DNA of 48,583 bases from a virus (Duplodnaviria > Caudoviricetes): positions 1 to 48,583 of IMG/VR virus record IMGVR_UViG_3300033067_001633; one strand, given 5' to 3'. A program made the translations under genes and the position numbers. The notes under the pieces were generated by a model. That model was given only the letters and a program-made list of their open reading frames with translations. It was not told the DNA's origin and did no database searches. How positions within the stretch are numbered: position 1 is the stretch's first letter; every line of letters starts with the position of its first letter. Below, piece after piece: positions 26,741 to 36,900 of this stretch.

Positions 26741-27102
26741 GCGAAGCCGGGTATTTTTATCAAAAAAACCCGGCGTCTAACTCAGAAAAAGAGACTGAAA
26801 CGTTATTTGCAGATGCCGAATTATTAGGCGTCACAATCAACATACCCGTTTCAGAATCGGATGAACAGGTTGAATACTATGAATATTGGCATGACTGCCA
26901 TGAAGCGATCAGCCTGTTTTTTGACTATTTAACAGGGCAATGGATTGTCTCAATGTCGGGGATTATCGACATTAATAATGTGGCCGTTATGGATGTATTG
27001 CGTGAATACACGCCAAAACCCAAAAAGCGGCTTAGATTGCTACAAGAAATCAGGGCATTTGCAAACGGGATCATCAAAGCAATTAACGAAAAGACAGACT
27101 AA
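26731..27102 (+). CDS. Tail chaperone -1 frameshift extension (gpT/DUF1799-like)
   Basis: Open -1 frame with no own start, LSEAGYFY...LTGQWIVSMSG...NEKTD*. Confidence 0.75.
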   Translation, partial: KKLSEAGYFYQKNPASNSEKETETLFADAELLGVTINIPVSESDEQVEYYEYWHDCHEAISLFFDYLTGQWIVSMSGIIDINNVAVMDVLREYTPKPKKRLRLLQEIRAFANGIIKAINEKTD

Positions 27103-27123
27103 TTACAATCAAAAGGTATCTGC

Positions 27124-27630
27124 ATGAAAAACGACTCTAAAAAACTATCAACAATCATCTTGTTATTACTATTCCCGCTTATTTCGTTAGCGGGATCTCT
27201 GAGTGATTATGCCGAGAACGCATTTCTCGATCATATTTTGCGTGGCACCGCTTACAGTGCGACAACCCCGACAAATTACTATGTTGCGCTGTATTCGACG
27301 GCGTGTACTGATGCTGCGGCAGGGACTGAATTGACAGGCGGTAGCTATGCGCGCGTAGCAATTGCGAGAAGCACCTCGGCCTGGAATGGTACGCATGGCA
27401 ATACTACAGGCGCATCGTCTGGGACTAATGGTACTGTCAGTAATGCGGCTGCAGTTACGTTCCCGGCGGCAACGGCAGATTGGGGAACAGCAACGCATTG
27501 GGGTATTGTCGACGCCTCTTCCGGAGGCAATATGATCACTTGCGCCGCGCTGACGGCCAATCGAACCATTACCAACGGCAGTACAGCAAGCTTTGCCGCT
27601 GGTGCGTTAACGTTTCAAATCGATAACTAA
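27124..27630 (+). CDS. Virion/tail structural protein
   Basis: LSDYAEN...YVALY...SYARVA...VTFPAATADWGT motif. Confidence 0.78.
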   Translation: MKNDSKKLSTIILLLLFPLISLAGSLSDYAENAFLDHILRGTAYSATTPTNYYVALYSTACTDAAAGTELTGGSYARVAIARSTSAWNGTHGNTTGASSGTNGTVSNAAAVTFPAATADWGTATHWGIVDASSGGNMITCAALTANRTITNGSTASFAAGALTFQIDN

Positions 27631-27709
27631 AGAACCGTGGCCTACAGTCTGTTCTAGGGGCCAAGGCCGCGAATATAACGAACAATCCATTAACTACAGA
27701 GGTAAAAAT

Positions 27710-27889
27710 ATGATCTTAGCCAATTCAAATGTGGGCGGCAGCGTCACGACGATTAACGACAAGCACGGCAATGTATTGCTGAAATTAACCCGCGAATACG
27801 GCGAAACAGTGCCAACGCTTGAAGTGCTCGAAGTTGAAAAAGCCTTGTTAGCGGTTGCTGAGTCGCTGTTTGCGAAGCTTGAAGCTTAA
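27710..27889 (+). CDS. Small hypothetical protein (59 aa)
   Basis: GAGG RBS; translated by hand. Confidence 0.5.
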   Translation: MILANSNVGGSVTTINDKHGNVLLKLTREYGETVPTLEVLEVEKALLAVAESLFAKLEA

Positions 27890-27891
27890 GA

Positions 27892-28176
27892 ATGTCTATT
27901 CACGTCCACCCTCTCGTACTTCAGCTTAGGTTTTATGGCGATGATGTGGACGTGGACAGACCCCTGTACGAGATGCACGAACAGTATCGTGGCGTGGCGA
28001 ACGTAACGATAGACAACACTGGGGTCGCGCAAGTGACCCTGTTAACTTGCGACGACTTTTTAAAATCCGATTTTGATGCCATCAGACAGTTTTTAAAAAG
28101 TGTTGGAGTTAAGACCATGCGTTATACGCATAAAGGAAGCCAGCATGATTATCCGGTTGGGGATTTATTAATATGA
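27892..28176 (+). CDS. Hypothetical protein
   Basis: ORF coupled to the next gene (ATGA). Confidence 0.6.
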   Translation: MSIHVHPLVLQLRFYGDDVDVDRPLYEMHEQYRGVANVTIDNTGVAQVTLLTCDDFLKSDFDAIRQFLKSVGVKTMRYTHKGSQHDYPVGDLLI

Positions 28177-29237
28177 TCAAACACAAAACCCGCGTCAAGG
28201 AGACGGCAAGCAACAAGCCGAATGCGTCAACTGCGTTTTCCCTCCCGGGAAGCGCAGCGACTGGATACCGGACGTTTGCTTCGGCTTATGCCAATACCGA
28301 TCAGCTACCGTACCATGCTACGAACGGGACGGATTGGGAAGAAGGTATTGCAACGTTTACATCAGGCTTGCCAGATACGTTGGTGCGGTCGGTTATTTAT
28401 GAGTCGAGCAACTCAGATGCGACCGTTGATTTTAGTGGTGGAGCGGATGTTGAAATAAGCTGCGGATGGCCTGCGAAACTTGGGGAATTTGCGCATAATC
28501 CAGGCTACATTAGCGGTCTATCGTTAACGTACTCGTCAAGTACAGCGTTGATAATCGAGTCTGGTACAGTTGTTATTGATTATAAAGCCTTCACGCTTGC
28601 CCAAACCACTGTGACATCTGCTACAACGATGAAGGATTTGTCGGGCGCAACGGTAACGCTGGGCTCGTCTAAGTCTTATTTTGTGTATGCGTATAATAAT
28701 GCAGGCACATTAGAAATAAGAGTACAGGAGCGCACCGGCTCAGGTAATGGTGCCGATCCTACTTTTGATTCTACGTTAGATTACTGGAAGGGGCCGGTAG
28801 CAGGATCAAGACGCATTGGAAAAATCATTACAAACGCCTCATCTCAAATCATCGTTTTTAAATTACACACCTACGGTCGCACTCGGCATTTACAGTTAGC
28901 AACATCAGGTGGTGCTATTGCCTTAATGGCTTACGGTACAGCCACAACATATACATCAGTAACAATAACCCCGTTTGTAACTTCTGATGATGTTGCTTAC
29001 TATCTTGAGTATCAAGTTCGCAGAGATACAACAACAGGGAGTGCGCAGATTCTGTTATCAAGTGATGGTGGCACGGCTGAAATTTTCAATCTAAATTTTG
29101 GGGCGGCGATTTTAACTTCAGCATCGTCGGTTGGAGCGTTTATAGGTAAGATACCCAATACTGGAACGCTGCACTATAGGGTTAACTCGTCAAATTCGGG
29201 TTATATTCGCTACCTTGGTTCTGAGTTTTTTGTATGA
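28173..29237 (+). CDS. Tail fibre-like protein
   Basis: RVKET...GYRTF...WEEG N-terminal module; Ser/Thr/Gly-rich; followed by a chaperone. Confidence 0.7.
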   Translation: MIKHKTRVKETASNKPNASTAFSLPGSAATGYRTFASAYANTDQLPYHATNGTDWEEGIATFTSGLPDTLVRSVIYESSNSDATVDFSGGADVEISCGWPAKLGEFAHNPGYISGLSLTYSSSTALIIESGTVVIDYKAFTLAQTTVTSATTMKDLSGATVTLGSSKSYFVYAYNNAGTLEIRVQERTGSGNGADPTFDSTLDYWKGPVAGSRRIGKIITNASSQIIVFKLHTYGRTRHLQLATSGGAIALMAYGTATTYTSVTITPFVTSDDVAYYLEYQVRRDTTTGSAQILLSSDGGTAEIFNLNFGAAILTSASSVGAFIGKIPNTGTLHYRVNSSNSGYIRYLGSEFFV

Positions 29238-29740
29238 GTTATATAGTAAAGATTGGCACAAAAGAAGTTCAGTGGAATGGCGATAAACCGATCCCAGAAG
29301 GCTTTGTCGAATTTACAGAGCAATTAATCGACGCGCTAGTTTGGGATAGTGCGCTTAATAACTTGCGAGAAAAGACGGGTAGCGAGTTATTAAACGATTA
29401 TCGACTAGCAAAAATAGAGCTATTAAAAGCCGATTGCACGACTGCAATCCAAGCCGGTTTTACCTCAACAGCGCTAGGTGAAGCGCATGTTTACGACTCG
29501 GCTTTACCGCAAGACCAAACCAACTTGCTGGGCGCAAGGATGGCAGGTATTGATATGATGTTTACCTGTACAGATAGCGCCGGCTACAAGTCGCAAAAAT
29601 TTCATACAGTCGCACAAATGGCGCAAGTTTACCAAGCAGGTATGGTACATCTGCAAACGCAAAAGGCGCGATTCTATGCGCGTAAACTAGCAGTTGAGCA
29701 GGCCGCAACTATTGACGCAGTAGATGCGGTGGTTTGGTAA
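29234..29740 (+). CDS. Tail fibre assembly protein (DUF4376-like)
   Basis: IQAGFTSTALG...YDS...DQTNL...HTVAQMAQV...VDAVVW. Confidence 0.78.
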   Translation: MSYIVKIGTKEVQWNGDKPIPEGFVEFTEQLIDALVWDSALNNLREKTGSELLNDYRLAKIELLKADCTTAIQAGFTSTALGEAHVYDSALPQDQTNLLGARMAGIDMMFTCTDSAGYKSQKFHTVAQMAQVYQAGMVHLQTQKARFYARKLAVEQAATIDAVDAVVW

Positions 29741-29743
29741 ACA

Positions 29744-30553
29744 ATGTACGGTGTTGGCGGTTATGGTAGCGGTGGATATGGTTATGTGCCTGCTCCGGTT
29801 GGAGGTAGTCAAACCGACCTAGCGGGTGCTGCAGTCGCTTATGTTTCCGCAACAGGCGTCGTCAACCAAACCATAGCACTATCTGGCGCAGCAACTTCTG
29901 TCAGTATAGCAAACGGTGCTGTAACAATCACTACAAGCCTGTCGGGTTCCGCTCAATCCTCGGCTTCGGCCTCCGCTGCCTTTCTTGGCGAAGTCCCACT
30001 AGCAGGATCGGCACAGGGTCAAGCCACAGCGTCAGGCAGTATGACTCAAAGTCAAACGCTCACTGGCGTAGCCCAGGCCGCCGCCTCAGCCAATGGATAT
30101 TTAAACCTCAGCCTTAATATGTCAGGGGTTGCCATCGCTTCAGCGTTGGCATCAGCTAACCTAGACACGGGCGGCAGTGGGTTGAGTGGTGCAGCTTCCG
30201 CACAAGCGTCCGCATCCGGAAGCCTGGGAAGCGTCATTGGCCTTACCGGTCAAGCTCAAGCCGTTGCCGTGTCCTCCGGAGGACTGACCAACACTCTGTC
30301 GCTAAGCGGTGCGGCTGCCTCTGTCGTAGCAGGGACTGGGAACGTCACAGTTGCTTTCGGAGGGTTATCTGGTTCAGCGCTTGCTTCTGCGTTGGCCACC
30401 GGAACTGTGAGTCTGTCTCTGACCTTGGACGGTCATGCGTTGTTGCAGGCGATAGCGCAGGCGCAATTATCAATATTAGGCGATTACATCATCCCGGCAG
30501 GACGCTACAAAATTAGAAACATAACGCCAAGGCTTTCGGTACGTGTAGCATGA
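29744..30553 (+). CDS. Gly/Ala/Ser-rich repetitive virion protein
   Basis: About 20-aa LSG.A.A.A.A.G repeats. Confidence 0.7.
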   Translation: MYGVGGYGSGGYGYVPAPVGGSQTDLAGAAVAYVSATGVVNQTIALSGAATSVSIANGAVTITTSLSGSAQSSASASAAFLGEVPLAGSAQGQATASGSMTQSQTLTGVAQAAASANGYLNLSLNMSGVAIASALASANLDTGGSGLSGAASAQASASGSLGSVIGLTGQAQAVAVSSGGLTNTLSLSGAAASVVAGTGNVTVAFGGLSGSALASALATGTVSLSLTLDGHALLQAIAQAQLSILGDYIIPAGRYKIRNITPRLSVRVA

Positions 30554-30855
30554 TTCAACCAACGATTACAGTGTATAAAGGGCGTGACAATCCAGTCGTA
30601 TTAACGCTATTAAGTGATAACGCGAGCATTGCCCATGCGAGCTTGACGCGCATACAAATAAAAGTGGGGACGTTGCTCATTGACAGCAATGTCCTGCCCG
30701 CTCTATTTGCAATCAATGCCAATTCAGTTGCGGTCAAATTGGGGTTAGCAGGACTTGTCGCAGGCCGTTATCCGGGCGCGGTTATTGCCTTCGATAGCAC
30801 TAATACCAATGGCGTCGTATTCGGTGAATGTGTGATAACGGTTAAGGAAGTGTAA
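30550..30855 (+). CDS. Hypothetical virion protein
   Basis: VYKGRDN start; coupled to the upstream gene. Confidence 0.65.
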   Translation: MIQPTITVYKGRDNPVVLTLLSDNASIAHASLTRIQIKVGTLLIDSNVLPALFAINANSVAVKLGLAGLVAGRYPGAVIAFDSTNTNGVVFGECVITVKEV

Positions 30856-30970
30856 CGATGGCTGAGATGCAAAGCTTTTTTAGCGCAGCGGCCCAAATAG
30901 ATAATCGGCAATTTTCCAGGCGATTATCAGTACTGAAAAAAATCCGGTTATCAGTAAGGTAAGTAATATC

Positions 30971-33900
30971 ATGGCAGACCTCCAGTTAACGTTACGAATT
31001 CGCGCCAATGCGGATGGCACTGCGCAGATTATAAATGGCGTTGGCAATAGCATCAACAGGGTAAGCGATCAAGCCAATCAAGCGACGTCCGCATCCGCGC
31101 GGATGGCTGCTGCTTTACAGCGTGTTGGGCATTATGGCGCAGTCGCTTTTGCCGGTAGTTGGTTTTCTGGCAAAGCTAAAGAAGCGATTCTATTGGCCGA
31201 TCAGATGACGCTGCTCGACAGCCGCATCAAAATTGCCAGCAGCAGTTTGCAAAATTATCAGAATGCCAGTGCAAGTTTAACGGCTATTGCGTTATCGACC
31301 GGATCATCATTAGAAAGTAATGTTACGTTGTTCAGCAGGCTCAATAAAGCCGTTGAAGGCATGGGCGCAACTTATCAGACGACCTTGGGCATTACCAAAA
31401 CCTTGGCAGAAGGTTTAAAAATTTCTGGAGCGAGCGCAGGGGAAGCCAATTCTGTCATGATTCAGTTATCACAAGCTCTATCGTCCGGCGTACTCAGAGG
31501 CGATGAGTTTAATAGCATCATGGAAAATGGTTCGCGCATAGTGGATGCATTAAGTACCGCAACGGGAAAAAGCCGAGGTGAATTGCGCAAAATGGCGGAA
31601 GAGGGCGAATTAAGTGCCAAATTAGTGGTAGATGCGCTAAAAAGCCAGGCGGCGTCAATTCATAATGATTTTGGGAAAATCCCATTGACCATTGGCGCAG
31701 CAATGGAAAATGTAAATACACGTTTTGCCAAGTTCATTGAGCATGAAAATAATGCGGTAGGATTAACATCAAATCTGGCGAAAGGTCTTGACGAAGCCAG
31801 TCAGCATATCGGTCTATTGGCAGGCGCTTTAGGTGGTTTAACTACGTTAGCTGTGGCAATTGGTGGCGCAAATCTGGCGATGGTGGCTTTTAATGCCACT
31901 ACGCGGTTAAATCCGATCATCATGGCAGCATCAGTTGTGGCAGCGGGAATAGGGATGATTGCAGGCCGTATCCAAGATTTGAATGCGGCCTGGGAAAATA
32001 AAATTACGGCATCGTCAACATTAGATGAACAAAACAAAAAGATACATGATCAGATTCAGCTTTTAGCAGAATTAAAAACCCATCATGGGCTTTATTACGA
32101 TACCAAAATAGCAAAAGAAACTAATGCGCTAAAGATTATGATTGCCGAGCGCAATCAGATGATGGATCTGGCCGCCAATGCGGAAAAAGAAGCGGTAGAA
32201 ACAACAGAAAAGCGCCTTAAATCTGAAGAAAAGCTCAATCAAATATTAGAAGGCAAATACAAAAACATCATCACCCAAGCTGCCGAAGCGTATAAAGTGG
32301 ACCAAAATCTTATGTTAGCCATTGCGCAGCGTGAAAGCGGTAGTGGTAAAAATATGGGCCGATCCAGCACAGGTGATTGGGGTTTGATGCAGATTAATGA
32401 AAATACCGCGCCACAAATTAGCAATGCGTTAAAAGTATCCGTCAATAAAATTCTGACAGATCCGGAAACGAATGCAAAAGCTTCAGCTTGGTATGTCAGT
32501 TGGTTGCAACAGCAATTTTCAAAGGCAAATGTAACGCCAACCGCTGAATTGTTTGCGGCCGCGTATAACGGCGGTTTCGGTAATCTTGAAAAAGCTAATT
32601 TTAATTTAGTTAATTTGAAAAAAACCGTGCGTGAGTATGCAATGGATGTTGCCGATACGCAGCAAGCATTAACAAAAATGTCGGGAACGGATTGGTTTAA
32701 AACACAAGCGGAAGGCGCAAAACAAGCAAGCGATGCATCTAAAAAATATGCGTTAGAAATACAAAAGCTGAACGATGCCGCAATAACCGGCGCGCAACTT
32801 TACAATCAAACTATCGCCAGATTAGACGAGCAGCACCAAAGCGGCTTGAGCGATGCCGCATATGCCAAGGGCATTGAGGATGCTAACTCGGCGTTAATGC
32901 AATTTGTTGATAGTTTAGATGCAACAAAGATGCATGCAGCAGATATAAAAAATGAATATGAAGACTGGATTAAGATTTTTGAATTAGCAAAAAGCTATCA
33001 GGAAAATGCACTAACTAATACTGAAAGACAAGCGCAAGAAATTAATAAGCTGGTTGCAGTTTATAACAGTGTTGCGAATACTGGCAACGGCTTAATGAGC
33101 GTTGATGTTTTTAGTACAAATTTAGAAAAAATACAGGGTAAGTATGCGCCATCTAATTTAAAAGGCCTAGAAGACTATAACACCCTGATTCAAAAAATTA
33201 CCAGCAGTACAGGCCAACTTGGCGCAACCAATAATGCTGTTTTTGATAGCGCGTTAGGCGGCATTAACACATTAGTCAGCGCATTTAATAATATGTCTGC
33301 CGCGATTGATGCTAATACCCAATCGCAGTTGGACTTAAATGCAGCAAAAGCGGGCGCATTAGCTGACATTAGAACATCGAAAGACGATGAATTCGGCAAA
33401 GCAATAAAAGAAAAAAAGGCGCTGTATGATTTCGACATGGCTAGTAAAAAACTCGCTGACGAAAAAAATCAAAACGAATTAAGCGGTGTGCGACAAATCA
33501 TCGGCGCAACTGCGCAAATGTTTGATAAAAAATCCAACGCGGCGAAAGCCTTGCACGGGATTGAAATGGGCATAGCGGCGGCTGAATTAACCATGAAAGC
33601 CCAAAGCATTGCCTCAAACATTGCCGCGACCACATCTGGGGTAGTGGCAGGTGCGGCTAAGTTTTTTGCACAATCGGGATGGGCCGCTTTTGCGGGCATT
33701 GCCGCGATGATTGGCGTCATTGGCGCGTTAGGCGGTACGACATCGTCACCTAGTATGCCCAGCATCGACACTAAAACCCAAGGCACTGTGCTGGGAGATA
33801 AAACAAAATCCAGCAACACGGCGGAAAATCTCGGCAAAATCATGGAGGATATCCATGCATCCGAGTACTTAGCTTTGCTTAATATTAATGAGAGCATCAA

Positions 33901-36900
33901 AAAACTCAATGACAGTATTCTGGCTGCGGTGACTGGCATTTTTCAGAGGGGCGATTTAGCAACGCCGACTTTACCGGCCAACACGTCATCAATGTTCGTT
34001 AACACCCGCAATGAGATATCGCAAAATCGCTTGACAGGAAAAGGGAATACCTTGGGTGCCATAAGTGATGGCTGGCAATTTGATTTATCGCAATTTATAG
34101 AGACCAAGCGCACCAAAGATTTATTATTTGGACACATGGTAAAGACGTCTACCTCTCAAAATGCAGTTAGCGACCAGACTAATCGTGATGTGACTGCCAT
34201 CTATAAGAATTCAGGAGATATGTTAATCGAGGCCGGTAAGATTTTCGGCATGGATGTTAAAGATGTCGTCAATGCGATTCGCATTCCCGACCTGGACATT
34301 GACATCAAAGACATGACCGGCGAAGAAGCGATTAAGGCGTTTAATGCGTATATATCCACATCTATCGATCAAATGGCCGGTCAAGTATTCCCTGAGTTGG
34401 CGCAATACCAAAAAATCGGCGAAGGACTTGGCGAAACGGTCGGTCGGGTTGCGGCGGATGTCGGTATCGTTAAATCAGTGTTTGATAATTTGCATGTGAC
34501 ATTGCCGACAACCGCGGTAGGCTTGATAGCGGTATCAGAAGCGCTAGTGTTGGCCGCAGATGGCACGGATAAACTGACGACCAATCTGAATAATTTTTAT
34601 AATAAGTTTTACAGCGATACCGAACAGGCACTCGATAATTTTCATTTTTTAACTCAGAATTTTGCGCGTAAAGGCATCGAACTGCCGACCGATAGACTTG
34701 GTTATCGTGATGCTGCGCGTAACGCATTGGCCAAAGCGGGTACGGATTCCGATATTTTGGCAGCGGCAAAAACCCGACTTGATGAGTTGACTAAGGCCGC
34801 GTTTGCGCCATTTGAAAAAAATCTGGAAATCCGCAAAAACAATGCGGAACGCTACGGCGGCGAAGACGCTAGGCTGTACAAAATAGCGCAAGATGAAGCG
34901 AAGGCTGCGGTAAAAGCGGCGACAAAATCACAGGCCGATTATGTAGCTGAATTGCAAAAAAGTAGCAATGCGAGCGCTGAAAATGCGAATTTGCTGCTTG
35001 AGCAATCGGACAATGCTGATGCTTATTACTCAGCGATCGAAAAAGGCCAAAAAGCTCTCGATCCAAGGCCTTTTAGAACATCTGTCAATGCGTTCCAGCA
35101 TGAATTCTCTAAAGTATCCAACCAGGCCATCCCCACCAGCATCGAGGGTTATCGCAACCTGATCAATAGCATCGATACCAGTACCGAAGCAGGTCGCCGC
35201 ATGCATGACGGACTGGTTATGTTGGCACCGGATTTTGTTGATTTAGACGATAGCCTGTCCGGACTTAAGGATGAATTAAGTCAAGTATATGTGGGGGGCA
35301 ATGATTTTACGATGACCATAATTAGCATGGCTGATGCCTTTGGCAGTGCGGATAAAGCAGCACAAGTGTTCAAGGATTCTATTAAATTAGTTTATTCAGG
35401 CAACGATGTTAAAACCATGTCGATTACAGCTGCAAATACGCGTTTTTCCAATAATGCAAAAGCAGCTGGTCTGGAAGGTTTACGCGTTCAAGATGCGCAA
35501 ACTGGATTGAAATGGATAACAGACAGCGAAATAAAAGGCACGATAAACTTAGGTGATAAAGTAAAAATTGGCAATGGGACGTATTCTTGGGCAGAAGTAC
35601 AAACATGGCTCGTCGATAATCTGAACCCTATTTATAACGCTGAAAACATGAGTACCGGCGATAATTCCGCATCCAAAGCCGCCGACGACGCCGCCAAAAA
35701 AGCCGCCGACGACGCCGCCAAAAAAGCCGCCGACAATGCCAAAACCCTGCTGGATTTAAACAACGACATTGCCAAGCAGCTCAAAAGCATTGGCCTGAGC
35801 GACATCAAAAAAAGCATCCTGGACATTAATACCGGCATTGATGACATGATTACCAAAGCGCGTGAAGCAGGTGGCACGCTGCCGGCTATCGAAAGTCTGC
35901 GCACTGCGAAACTCACCGAATTAGCCACGCAAACCTTTAAAGACCCGCTTAAACAAGTGAGCCGAATTGGTAACTCAGACATCCAAAATCAAGTTTTAGA
36001 TATTGCTGAATCAAACAAGACCTTGCGCGATTCTGCCAAAGCCTTGGCTGACGCGTCACCAGCACTGAAGAAATTCTTCGGTACCACGATGGAAGGCATT
36101 AATGCCCTGGAAAAATCCCAATTGCAAAACGTGTTCAAAGACGTGGCGCAGGAATTTTTAGACATCGGAAAAATCGATTATCAAAAGAATTTGGACGGCA
36201 TTAATCAGTGGGCAGATGACATGATTAAAGTCGCGCCGTCGATTGCCAAAGCCTACGACATCAGCACCGATGACGCTATTAAAGGCATTCAGGCGATAAG
36301 CAACGCGCGTATTGAGGCGCTCAATAAAGAGCGCATCGAGATCATGAAGACCTCTGAAGTTAGCTATCGCAAGGCGCTTATTCAATCCTCAAGTGCCGTT
36401 TCCGGCAATTTGGAACTACAACTGATCGACATCAAAGACCAGTTTACCAACACTATTTTGAACGTGATTGAAAAAGGCGGCGATCTGAACGACGTTGCAG
36501 TGCAAATCCGCTATGCGATTGAAACCGGCACGCTAGCGTATCAAGCCGCCTCGAAAGAAATCCAAAAAGCAGCAGATGAAATCTTTAAAACGCTGAAAAC
36601 CAAAGGCAACGAATTAGCCGATCAAATTTACAAGCTGAAAAATCCGAATGATGAAGCCGGGCTGTTTCAAATCCAGTACCAGCGCGAACTTTCTAAGTAC
36701 ATGCAGGGCAACTATCAAGATCAAATCGAGGCGATTAACACGGTGCAAAGTTTAGCGATGGCGCGTTATGACTCCGAGCTGACTGCAATCAATAAAATTT
36801 ACGATGCCAGTAAGGCGATTAATAAATACTTGAACGATCTGAAGCTCAATGAGCGCTTATCACTGAATACGAATAAGCAAATCGTTGACGAATCCAAAGC

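Noticed and set aside
27634-27700. Possible hairpin or tRNA-like element
   Set aside because: Only a weak GTGGCCT/AGGCCGC stem; no cloverleaf or T-tract
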